Under the pieces are notes generated by a model. The model saw only the letters and a list, made by a program, of their open reading frames with translations. It ran no database searches and was not told the DNA's origin. A stretch of DNA of 64,000 nucleotides, taken from Phycisphaerales bacterium (GTDB lineage Bacteria > Planctomycetota > Phycisphaerae > Phycisphaerales > UBA1924). Position 1 is the first letter of the stretch. Each line of letters starts with the position of its first letter. The stretch is from contig JBGSIX010000073.1 of the NCBI GenBank assembly GCA_041742315.1, forward strand, positions 12,008-76,007, in the 5' to 3' direction. Shown here in pieces: positions 55,239 to 63,819 of this stretch. The translations under genes were made by a program, and so were the position numbers.

Positions 55239-55549
55239 GTCACCGGAGTATACCGGCCAGCCTCTGGTGCTATTCCAAGGTATGAATGCCCCAGCCACCA
55301 CACCGATGAGATCGCCTGTTCTGGCGTTAATCTGACCCGGTCAAACCCAAAGACGCCCACCGAACAAGCGAGTAACCTACCCGCCCTGACCGACTCCCAG
55401 TACATTCCCGATCGCCTGTCCCGGGCTTTCGGTCAGCCAAGCTTTTTCGAAATGGGGCCGCCAACTCTTAAGGTGAGATTCGTTGATACCAAACTGAAAC
55501 ATATTATCAGGCTACACCACCATTCTGGACCTTATAGGTGGATAGAGAC

Positions 55550-56089
55550 ATGAGTATCGAGATTGATTTTAGCAAGATCCGACCCGACTCAAAGGGGACG
55601 CGGCAAGGTGGCTTCGAAGAGATGGTCGTCCAGCTCTTCGCTCGTCAGCCGCATGAGGCTCATCCGGACGCCAGAGTTAACCGTGTTGAGGGCGCCGGTG
55701 GAGACGGCGGCGTCGAGGCGTACGCAGATGTCCCGGGCACAGGTAAGGTGGCAGTTCAGGCCAAGTGGTTTACTGACAAGCTCGACGATAGTAAATTCAG
55801 ACAAATAGACAAGTCGGTACGTGCTGCCCTAGTCAACCACCCTGATCTCAAAGAGTACCAGGTCTATGTACCACTTGACCTAACAGGCAAGAAAGATGCA
55901 AAGTCGCAACAAGCAATTGCGAAAGGAAAGACCTCCAAATCACAGCGAGAGAAGTGGAACGAGCACGTGACCTGCCCCCCAGAATCAGTTCCCGTCCGGG
56001 ATGGACAGCCTGCTCCGAACAGCAGCGACCTCCGATCGTCCAACGAAGCGGATATATCGTTTCAAATTCTGTGGCACTTGGTACTATGA
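55550..56089 (+). CDS. PD-(D/E)xK-like nuclease-domain protein, probably a truncated remnant of a larger gene
   Basis: MSIEIDFSKIRPDSKGTRQGGFEEMVVQLFAR...EGAGGDGGVEAY...VAVQAKWF has D...E...QAK spacing typical of restriction-endonuclease-fold N-terminal domains. The last 45 residues or so look like run-on sequence. Confidence 0.4.
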   Translation: MSIEIDFSKIRPDSKGTRQGGFEEMVVQLFARQPHEAHPDARVNRVEGAGGDGGVEAYADVPGTGKVAVQAKWFTDKLDDSKFRQIDKSVRAALVNHPDLKEYQVYVPLDLTGKKDAKSQQAIAKGKTSKSQREKWNEHVTCPPESVPVRDGQPAPNSSDLRSSNEADISFQILWHLVL

Positions 56090-56240
56090 CATCGAGCAAG
56101 CTCGCCGTTTGTGGCCCAACCACTTCATAGATTGATGTACTGGCGTCAAAGTGCGCCAATATACGTCATATCGGCGTCTAAGTACGTCATTTTGGACGTT
56201 CCGAACGTTTCAAGTCAATTTTGGCCGTCATGCTTTGTGC

Positions 56241-56429
56241 ATGAAGAGATTGAACACAACCAAAGAACTTGCCGAGCGGACCGGCCTTCCGATTGCTTGG
56301 CTCAAACGTGAAGCGGACCAAGGGCGGCTGCCATGTATCCGTGTAGGACGCCGACGGTACTTTGATGCTGAGGCAGTGGAGCAGGCCTTGTCTAAGCGAC
56401 AAAACCGGGAGGTGTCCGATGAAGCGTGA
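56241..56429 (+). CDS. Excisionase/AlpA-type helix-turn-helix DNA-binding protein
   Basis: MKRLNTTKELAERTGLPIAWLKREADQGRLPCIRVGRRRYFDAEAVEQAL fits the HTH_17/excisionase pattern. Confidence 0.7.
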   Translation: MKRLNTTKELAERTGLPIAWLKREADQGRLPCIRVGRRRYFDAEAVEQALSKRQNREVSDEA

Positions 56430-56682
56430 CACCATGCAACCTCACTCACAAGCTCAGCAAAGCCCCCCAGAACCACTGATGATCGATGCGAAGGCTGCTC
56501 GTGCGATGCTGGGGATTGGCGCCCGCAGGCTCTGGAGCCTTACCAATTGCCAGGCGATCCCATCGCAGAAGATCGGCAGATCAGTCAGGTATGTACCCGG
56601 CGAGCTGCGAGCCTGGATCGAAGGCGGTTGCCCGACCGAACCGGGCTCTGCTGACGACATCCGAGAGGCAGTGAGCGAATGA
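56419..56682 (+). CDS. Second excisionase-family helix-turn-helix DNA-binding protein
   Basis: ATG at 56419 follows GGGAGG. Contains MIDAKAARAMLGIGARRLWSLTNCQAIPSQKIGRSVRYVPGELRAWIEGG. Confidence 0.65.
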   Translation: MKRDTMQPHSQAQQSPPEPLMIDAKAARAMLGIGARRLWSLTNCQAIPSQKIGRSVRYVPGELRAWIEGGCPTEPGSADDIREAVSE

Positions 56683-56888
56683 GAACGCCACCCATTGAAC
56701 GACGCAGCCCCGCTGGCAGGCGGGGCGGGCGTCAAGAGTCAGGCTTCGCACTTCCAGTTTACAACCATTTTCTTCCTACGGCAATCATTTCCGCGGATGA
56801 CTTACGTGCACCCGATTGCAATGGAAATGGCCAAAGATTCAACAGTGTAATCAACGGCGCGTGCCCGCTTAATTGGGTGATCGCATGA
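56679..56888 (+). CDS. Hypothetical 69-aa protein
   Basis: No motif. Its start overlaps the upstream stop and its stop overlaps the downstream start, both as ATGA. This argues for translational coupling. Confidence 0.3.
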   Translation: MRTPPIERRSPAGRRGGRQESGFALPVYNHFLPTAIISADDLRAPDCNGNGQRFNSVINGACPLNWVIA

Positions 56889-57127
56889 GCCGCACGGAAC
56901 CGATCAGAGTCGTTATCGATGCACTTAAGTCGCACGGGGTCGCAGTCAAGAAATCAAAGAAGGGCTATTCGTGCTGCTGCCCATCGCACGAGGACAAAAA
57001 CCCGAGTCTGAGCGTGAACGTGGGCGACGACGGGCGGGCACTGATCCACTGCTTCGCGGGGTGCGGCGCACTTTGCCGATTGGCGCCCTTTGGCTCAGAT
57101 ACACGTCGTTGTGCTCCCCGACCATGA
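56885..57127 (+). pseudogene. Zinc-ribbon N-terminal fragment of a primase-type replication protein
   Basis: CCCPSHEDKNPSLSVNVGDDGRALIHCFAGC is the CHC2-like Zn-binding module. The frame then runs into nonsense and overlaps the next ORF. Confidence 0.55.
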
Positions 57128-58403
57128 CGAGGCGGGGGAGCAGTACGCCAGGGAGATCGTTCGACAGGCCCAGGAGGTTGGGGCGAGATCCGTACGCATT
57201 GTCCGTCTCACTCAGCTGATGCCAGAGTTGCCCCCATCGGGCGATCTCGCGGATGTGGTAGAGCACGCCCACACCCAGAGCGAGAGCCTCGAAGAGCTGC
57301 GCACGAGGCTCCAGTCGCTCGTGCAGTTGGCAGATCACGAGGAGGAAGAACATATCGACGGGATGCCCGTGATCGTCTGGCTCGACGAGGTGCAACCGGA
57401 ACGCGTCAATTGGCTCTGGCCCGGGAAGATCGCCCGCGGAAAGCTCACGGTTCTGGCGGGCGACCCCGGGCTTGGCAAGTCGTTCGTCACGCTCGACATC
57501 GCGGCACGTCTGACGAGTGGGCTCGCCTGGCCAGATGCGCCGGGCACACCGATCGAGCCAGGAGGCGTGGTGCTGCTAGGCGCCGAGGACGGGATCGCCG
57601 ACACGATCCGCCCGAGACTCGACGCCGCGGGTGCGGATGTCAGTCGCATTGTGGCGATCGAAGCGGTTCACTCGGTGAACGCGAATGGCAACAAAGCCGG
57701 TCGGGCATTCGATCTCACGAGCGACATCCGTGCACTCGAGACCGCGATCCGAGCGATCGACAATTGCAAACTGGTCATCATCGACCCGATCTCGGCATAT
57801 CTAGGAGAAACAGACTCTCACAAGAACGGCGAGATCCGCGGACTTCTGGCCCCGCTGGCGACCCTGGCCGATAAGCACGGCGTCGCCATCCTGGCAGTCA
57901 CGCACCTCAATAAAAACACTGGAGGCGCTGCGATCTACAGAACAATGGGCAGCCTCGCGTTCACCGCAGCAGCACGCGCGGCATGGATCGTGACGAAGGA
58001 CAACGACGACCCAGACAGGCGGTTGCTACTGCCCATTAAGAACAACATTTCAGCGGATACGGGTGGACTGGCGTACCGGTTAGAGCCCGGAGAGGGCGGT
58101 CTTCCCATAATCGCCTGGGAACCTGATACGGTCAATCTGAGTGCCGACAGCGTGCTCGGACAACACACATCAAATTCTATAAACGGCGCACTCGAAGAGG
58201 CCAAGCAATGGCTTCTGGATGTACTCAGTGACGGACCGGTCCCGGCTCGGGACGTGAAAGAGTCAGCCCAGCGAGACGGCGTCGCGTCGCGCACACTGAG
58301 TCGAGCCAAACAAGTGCTCGGTGTCAGTTCGACTCGCGAGGGATATTCATCTAGTGGTCGGTGGCTTTGGGCGATGCTCCATAGTGTGCCACCTCCGTCA
58401 TAG
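57090..58403 (+). CDS. Toprim plus RepA/AAA_25-type ATPase (primase-helicase C-terminal part)
   Basis: Toprim-like VVVLPDHDEAGEQYA. Walker A AGDPGLGKS. Walker B LVIIDPISAY. RecA-like core. The ORF opens with TTG directly at the Toprim motif, so its linker to the Zn-ribbon appears to be lost. Confidence 0.7.
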   Translation: MAQIHVVVLPDHDEAGEQYAREIVRQAQEVGARSVRIVRLTQLMPELPPSGDLADVVEHAHTQSESLEELRTRLQSLVQLADHEEEEHIDGMPVIVWLDEVQPERVNWLWPGKIARGKLTVLAGDPGLGKSFVTLDIAARLTSGLAWPDAPGTPIEPGGVVLLGAEDGIADTIRPRLDAAGADVSRIVAIEAVHSVNANGNKAGRAFDLTSDIRALETAIRAIDNCKLVIIDPISAYLGETDSHKNGEIRGLLAPLATLADKHGVAILAVTHLNKNTGGAAIYRTMGSLAFTAAARAAWIVTKDNDDPDRRLLLPIKNNISADTGGLAYRLEPGEGGLPIIAWEPDTVNLSADSVLGQHTSNSINGALEEAKQWLLDVLSDGPVPARDVKESAQRDGVASRTLSRAKQVLGVSSTREGYSSSGRWLWAMLHSVPPPS

Positions 58404-58695
58404 ATCGCCAAGCCAAAGGGTGGCACACAATGGCATCTATGGCGTTGTTTGGAAGACAGCCAGACTGAATTGATCAGGCAGCAAACTTACAGGTGCAGTG
58501 ACTATGAGGGTTCAGCAATGCAGAGTCGAATCAGGCTTGAGGCACTGGAATCGTCTTTTCTGAATGGGGAGCATATCCAACAAAGCACGGTGTAATCACG
58601 GTGATTTTGTCAAGGAATTACTACACGACTTTGTAGCAACTCCTGGCGCTTGCTCGCACCACATGGCATAATGAAGCAAGGAAGGACATCACACG

Positions 58696-59698
58696 ATGGC
58701 AACCAAACGCACGAGATCGAAAGGCACCGGATCGCTCTTCAAAAGAGACGGGAATGGGCCTTGGATTACGAGCTACTACGACCACTCTGGTAAGCGGCGT
58801 CAGCACTCGACCAAGACGACCGACAAGGCGGCCGCCATGCGGATTCTGGATAAGCTGGTCGCCGATTCGGCTCTTCGACGGGATGGGGTTATCGACCCAC
58901 GCGACGATCGCTACTCCATCGAGGGTCGAAAGCCACTGAGTGAGCACGTGGCGTCCTACATCGCCCACTGCCGGCACGCCGGGCAGGCTCCTCACCATGT
59001 CAACCAGAAAGCCTCGCAACTTGAGGCCCTCATCGTCGGGACCAAAGGTCACCAGGCCCCAGGAACTGACCGCTGACGCCCTTGTCGAGCACCTGTCAGC
59101 TCTCAAGGACCGCGGCCTCTCGGCCAGGTCGGTCAACTTCGCCCGCCAGATTGCAGTCGCGTTCTATCAGTGGTGCGTAAAGACGGGCCGAGCGAGGTCC
59201 AACCCCCTCAAGGTCGTCCCGAAGCAGAACGAGGACCGGGACCGCCGACGCGTCCGGCGCCCGCTTACGGACGAGGAACTGGCCCGTCTGATCGCCGTCG
59301 CTCGAGAGCACGGCCGGGAGGCCTGGTACCTCGCCGCTGCTCTTGTAGGCCTGAGGAAGGGCGACATGATGCGTCTGACGTGGTACACGGTCCTCGGGCT
59401 CTCGGACACCGCTGCAGCGATTGGCAAGCTGCCCGGTGTTGGACCCGCAACTCCCGAACCCGAGCGAGCCACCGGCACAGCCGATGCGACCGGTTTAGAC
59501 CGACAGCGATACTGCAAGCAGTTGGGGCGCGAAACCCGCCCAAACAGTGCGTCATGGCGCGATCAACACCGTCTCAATCGAGCAACCGCAGATGACCAAA
59601 AAGGCGCAGAAACCCAGAGGAAAAGTGCGTTTGGAGACTCGCAAAGAAGAAAGCGGGCGAACGGACTCGAACCGTCAACATTCAGCTTGGAAGGCTGA
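58696..59698 (+). pseudogene. Tyrosine integrase, frameshifted and internally deleted
   Basis: Arm/core-binding N-terminus MATKRTRSKGTGSLFKRDGNGPWITSYYDHSGKRRQHSTKT. The frame shifts near 59040. The core-binding and box-I region (LTDEELARLIAVA...LVGLRKGDMMRLTW) is followed by non-homologous sequence. A box-II-like trace (HRHSRCDRF...GARNPPKQCVMARSTPS) lies in a third frame. No catalytic Tyr is found. Confidence 0.75.
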
Positions 59699-59723
59699 CG
59701 CTCTACCATTGAGCTACGCCCGC
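59652..59723 (-). tRNA. tRNA-Gly (anticodon UCC)
   Basis: Manual cloverleaf on the minus strand. Acceptor GCGGGCG/CGCCCGC. D arm GCTC-AATGGTA-GAGC. Anticodon arm TCAGC-CTTCCAA-GCTGA. T arm GACGG-TTCGAGT-CCGTT. Confidence 0.9.
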
Positions 59724-59751
59724 GAACTTCGGATTCTACGCACCCCATCTC

Positions 59752-61161
59752 TCACGGGCACGAGGCCGCCGACTGGTAATTGGCGAGCCAGGCCGTGAAA
59801 TCCGCGGGGGTATGGAGCCCGTCCCCGTTCTGGTCGGTTTCGCAGACTCCGGTGTTGTACGCGTTGATCCAGGCGGTAAAGTCGGCGGGGGTCAAGAATC
59901 CGTCGTGGTTCACGTCCGCGCAGGCCGCCCAAGCGAGCCACCCGTTGCCGCACCCTCCCCCGCCCGTATTCAGCTCTTTGAAGGGCAGGATCTCCAGGGC
60001 GTCGATGTTGGCGTGCTCCGTCTCGCCTGCAAGTCCGAGCGAAATTCCCAGGTGCGGCGCGAGGCAATAGATCGCAAATTTGCCCGTAAAGTCCGTGAAG
60101 AATACCGTGGCCCCGTCCACCGGGACGCCGCAGAGCGTGCGGAGATCCGTGAGTGTTTTGGATCCGGGCGAGAGCGAGAAAAGAGCATAGTCATAGCCCG
60201 GTTCTGCAAAGAGATCGACGAAGTCGATGACCCCCATCGGAACGTGCGACCAGACTACCAGTGCATCAATATCGTCGCCCTCATTATTCGGTGTGTAAGC
60301 CTGAAGGCCGCACTGGGCAGCGCTGGCAAAGACCAGATTCCCGCCAGCAAAGCCGTCGGCGAGGATGTCCGCTGGATTCACTCCCGCAGTGAGCGCATAG
60401 GCGGGTGGGACACTGTAATACGCAAACTGATCGGGCACACCATTGCCGTCGGCATCAAGCCGGCGTGGGTACATACTTAGCGCATCGACGTTATCGTGCG
60501 TTCCTGTTCCGATCACCGGACACAGGAACGACCCCGGCCTGCGGTTGCCCACACCCGTCCCGGCGACGAGCCGAAAGACCGATTCATCGATCTCACCGCC
60601 GTTCGAGGCGTTCGAGGGCGATTGCACGCTCCCCGCGAAAGTCGGCATGCTCGAACAAGGTGTCAGGGTCAGGCTCCCGCGGAACGAGATCGGGGGTGAG
60701 AACGGCTGAGTGCTTCGGAACACATCGCCTGGCTGCTGGTTCAGAAAGTCCTGCGCGTCCAGATTGCTCCCCGTAACGCCTCCGGTCAGACGATCCACGC
60801 TGAACCGCAGGTAGATCTCGCCGGTGCTGTACATCACGCGGTCCCGGTCCGTGCTCAGAGCATCGATGGCATCGGCCCAGATGACTTGGCAATCGAGGAT
60901 GGGCGAACCCGAGATCCAGTCGATCGTCAGCAGATCGCTATCTAGAAAGACCGCACCGCTCGCCGCCAGAAGTGTCGGGCTCGGCCCGATCTCCACGAAC
61001 GGACCGACTGTCCCAAACGGGTCCTCGGCGCTGTAGAAGAACGGATTGACAGGCGCGGTGAGCGGGCTGTTGGGGTTGTCGTCGAGGCTAAAGACCTGAG
61101 CTTGCAACTGTGCACAACCGAGCATAAACAGACCGAATGTGACAACCGTTTGACGATGCAT
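59752..61161 (-). CDS. Secreted protein with a C-terminal GC-type dockerin pair
   Basis: Trimmed to the ATG at 61161 after GAGGAG, giving the signal MHRQTVVTFGLFMLGCAQLQAQ. The tail is CADVNHDGFLTPADFTAWINAYNTGVCETDQNGDGLHTPADFTAWLANYQ. Confidence 0.75.
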   Translation of the reverse strand: MHRQTVVTFGLFMLGCAQLQAQVFSLDDNPNSPLTAPVNPFFYSAEDPFGTVGPFVEIGPSPTLLAASGAVFLDSDLLTIDWISGSPILDCQVIWADAIDALSTDRDRVMYSTGEIYLRFSVDRLTGGVTGSNLDAQDFLNQQPGDVFRSTQPFSPPISFRGSLTLTPCSSMPTFAGSVQSPSNASNGGEIDESVFRLVAGTGVGNRRPGSFLCPVIGTGTHDNVDALSMYPRRLDADGNGVPDQFAYYSVPPAYALTAGVNPADILADGFAGGNLVFASAAQCGLQAYTPNNEGDDIDALVVWSHVPMGVIDFVDLFAEPGYDYALFSLSPGSKTLTDLRTLCGVPVDGATVFFTDFTGKFAIYCLAPHLGISLGLAGETEHANIDALEILPFKELNTGGGGCGNGWLAWAACADVNHDGFLTPADFTAWINAYNTGVCETDQNGDGLHTPADFTAWLANYQSAASCP

Positions 61162-61341
61162 GGCTTTCTCCTCACGCTCTATGTGCGGACAACGATCCCG
61201 GAAACAGGACCAGGGCCCTTCAGATTGTGTGCCTGGAGAACGGTTCTTGCACAGCGCGACCCGAAAGAGCCAGACGCGAGGCCGAACACACTCGGAAGAA
61301 ACCAGTGTACCAGATTCGGACCCCGGCATTGATTATCTTTT

Positions 61342-63750
61342 TTACTTCACCCTCCGAAGGCGAGTTTCAAACAGCCTCAGGATGCGCCTGTACTCGTCCA
61401 GCCAGGCCGAGGGCTCGATGAACCCGTGGGCTTCCAGTGGGTAGAGGGCGACCTCCCAGTCCTGCTTGCCCAACTCGATGAGACGCTGCTGGAGGCGGAT
61501 GGAATCCTGGACGAGGACGTTGTCGTCGAGCACGCCGTGGCAGATGAGCAGGCCCCCTCGGAACCCCTCAGCGAACTCGATCGGGCTCGATTGCTCGTAC
61601 GCCTCCGGGTCGACGTCGGGCGTGTTCAGGATCGCCGACGTGTAGCCCTGGTTGTAGTGCGCCCAGTCGGTGACGGGCCGGAGCGCCGCACCGGCGGCGA
61701 ACGTATCCGGTTCCTTGAACACCGCCATGATGGCGAGGAAGCCGCCGTAGGAGCCGCCGTAGGTCCCGACGCGCGAGACGCCCACGCCCCGCTCGCTCGT
61801 CATCCATTTGGCCGCGTCGGCCATGTCCTCGATCTCGGGCTGGCCCATGTGCCTGTAGATCGCGGTGCGAAAGTCTCGCCCGTAGCCAGCCGAGGCGCGG
61901 TAGTCGAGATCAACCACGACATAGCCCTTGTACGCCAGGAGCGAGTGGAACATCATCTCGCGGAAGTAGTAAGGCCAGCTCCGGTCGACGTTCTGCGTGT
62001 ACCCCGCGCCGTGCACGAAGATCACGCCGGGCCTCTCGCCAGCCTCCCCACCGCCGGCAAAGTCGTACACCCGCGCCCGCACGCTCCGGCCGTCCCGGCA
62101 GGGGATGTCCACAAACTCGGGCTCGATCCAGGGTAGTTCGCTGAACGCCTCCGACACCGAATGCGTCAGACGCGTGGGCTCTTGCTTTCCATCCAGCGGC
62201 ATCGTGTAGAGCTCCGCCGGATGATCGAGCGTCGAAACCTCCATGAGCACGCGCGAGCCGTCATCGCTCATCTGGAACCGCTCGACGTCCGCGCCAAAAT
62301 CGGTGATGACCTCGAAGCCGTTGTCTTCGAGCTTGATCCGAGCGAGCTCGTAGATCGACGGGTCGGGCCTGTTCGTGCGCGCGTAGAGCACGCCCGGCTG
62401 GGCGGCATCTTCTGAGACATCCCACACCTCGAAGGAGCCCGAGGTGACCTGACGGACCGATGTGCCGTCCCACGCGAACACGTGCGCAAAGCCAGGCGTC
62501 TCCGCGAGGAACCAGAACTCGCTCCCGTCGCTCGTCCAGCCCGACTCGCCCACGCGCCAGTTGATCCAGGCCTCGGTCGATTCGCGGAAAATCGAGCGGG
62601 GCTCGGGCTTCTCACCCGGCTCCACGGCAACCACCCAGCGGTCCTTGTGGTCGTGGCTCCACGCCTGCACGAAGAGCGCCCCGCCGCCGGGCTGCCATGC
62701 CAGACCACGCAGATCGACCCCGCGCGGCTCGGGCTTGGCGTCCTTCACGTCCTCCTTATGATCCGCTTCCGGCTCCGACTCGTCGTCCGCTTTCTTCAGG
62801 AACGCGAGCGGGTCGTCCGTGATCCCGGGCAAGCCCGAGAGATCTATCTCGGCGAATGTCTCGCCCATGAGATCGAGCAAAAAGAGCCGCTCGTTCGAAT
62901 CGCTCCGCACCCCCACCTTCGTGCGCACGCGGCTCGTCTCGACGTACCCGTCCTCCGTGACGTACGAGGGCATGACATCCTGCTTCGCCTCGGGCGCGGG
63001 CTTGCTCGCGATGACCGCCAGGTACCTGCCATCGTCCGAAAGCGCCCAGCCCCGACGTTCGAGCCCCTTGCCCAGATAAAAAGGCCCGGGCACGGCGGTC
63101 GCGTCCGCCTTCTCGACCGCCTCGCGCTGGGCCTTACGCTCCTTGTCCCGGTCATGGCGCTCGACGATGGTCGTAAAGAGCTTCTCCTGCTGCTGGTCGA
63201 GGTAGTCCTTGTCGTCCTCCTCGTCCTTGGGCTCGTCCTCGAAGCGCACATCCGCGACCTGGAACACCCCCGCGTCTCCCAGGTCCATGACGTACCACTG
63301 CCCGCCCGACTCGTACCGGATGCGCCTTGGGTCAATCATGAACGCGGGTGAGCCCTCGTGCGCGCTGGTCCGTGTGAGCTGGCGTATTTCCCCGGTCGCG
63401 ACATCGCCGAGCCAGAGGTCCCCTCCGCGTGAGCAGACGCGCCGGCTTCGCTCCCGGTCGTACACCCAGTTTGCCCGGCCCATCGCCGACCGCTCGGCGT
63501 CGCTCAGGACGCGTTCTTCGAGCGTCTCGGGATCGATCTCAACCAGGTCATCGAGCGAGCTGTCCGCCCGCTTTCGGCTGAAGATCAGGCGCTGGCCGTC
63601 GTCCGACCAGAACGCGTTCTGCGGGAAGAGCCCGACCCAGTCTGGATCGCTCATGATGCGTTCGAGTGTGATGCCGTGGGTGTCGTCGCCCGGCTGGGCG
63701 GCAAGGCTAGCGGGCAGAGCGAGAATCAGAACAACAAGAAGTGTGCGCAT
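61342..63750 (-). CDS. S9-family serine peptidase (prolyl oligopeptidase / DPP-IV-like)
   Basis: Signal MRTLLVVLILALPASLAAQ from the ATG at 63750. Beta-propeller N-terminal part. Nucleophile elbow GGSYGGF. C-terminal alpha/beta hydrolase. Confidence 0.85.
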   Translation of the reverse strand: MRTLLVVLILALPASLAAQPGDDTHGITLERIMSDPDWVGLFPQNAFWSDDGQRLIFSRKRADSSLDDLVEIDPETLEERVLSDAERSAMGRANWVYDRERSRRVCSRGGDLWLGDVATGEIRQLTRTSAHEGSPAFMIDPRRIRYESGGQWYVMDLGDAGVFQVADVRFEDEPKDEEDDKDYLDQQQEKLFTTIVERHDRDKERKAQREAVEKADATAVPGPFYLGKGLERRGWALSDDGRYLAVIASKPAPEAKQDVMPSYVTEDGYVETSRVRTKVGVRSDSNERLFLLDLMGETFAEIDLSGLPGITDDPLAFLKKADDESEPEADHKEDVKDAKPEPRGVDLRGLAWQPGGGALFVQAWSHDHKDRWVVAVEPGEKPEPRSIFRESTEAWINWRVGESGWTSDGSEFWFLAETPGFAHVFAWDGTSVRQVTSGSFEVWDVSEDAAQPGVLYARTNRPDPSIYELARIKLEDNGFEVITDFGADVERFQMSDDGSRVLMEVSTLDHPAELYTMPLDGKQEPTRLTHSVSEAFSELPWIEPEFVDIPCRDGRSVRARVYDFAGGGEAGERPGVIFVHGAGYTQNVDRSWPYYFREMMFHSLLAYKGYVVVDLDYRASAGYGRDFRTAIYRHMGQPEIEDMADAAKWMTSERGVGVSRVGTYGGSYGGFLAIMAVFKEPDTFAAGAALRPVTDWAHYNQGYTSAILNTPDVDPEAYEQSSPIEFAEGFRGGLLICHGVLDDNVLVQDSIRLQQRLIELGKQDWEVALYPLEAHGFIEPSAWLDEYRRILRLFETRLRRVK

Positions 63751-63819
63751 AAACAAGCGTACCGGCCGGGGCCGGTACGCTGCAAGGTGACGAGGAATTG
63801 GGTCGAGGCAGAAATGGGC

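Larger units (their letters stand above)
33941..59698. mobile_element. Integrated, apparently immobilised, 25.7-kb heavy-metal resistance genomic island at tRNA-Gly(UCC)
   Basis: Flanked by perfect 48-bp direct repeats. An integrase remnant abuts the tRNA. It carries excisionase-like HTH genes, a primase/AAA ATPase and metal-efflux cargo. GC is visibly lower in places (e.g. 44.2-44.6 kb, 47-53 kb). Confidence 0.85.
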
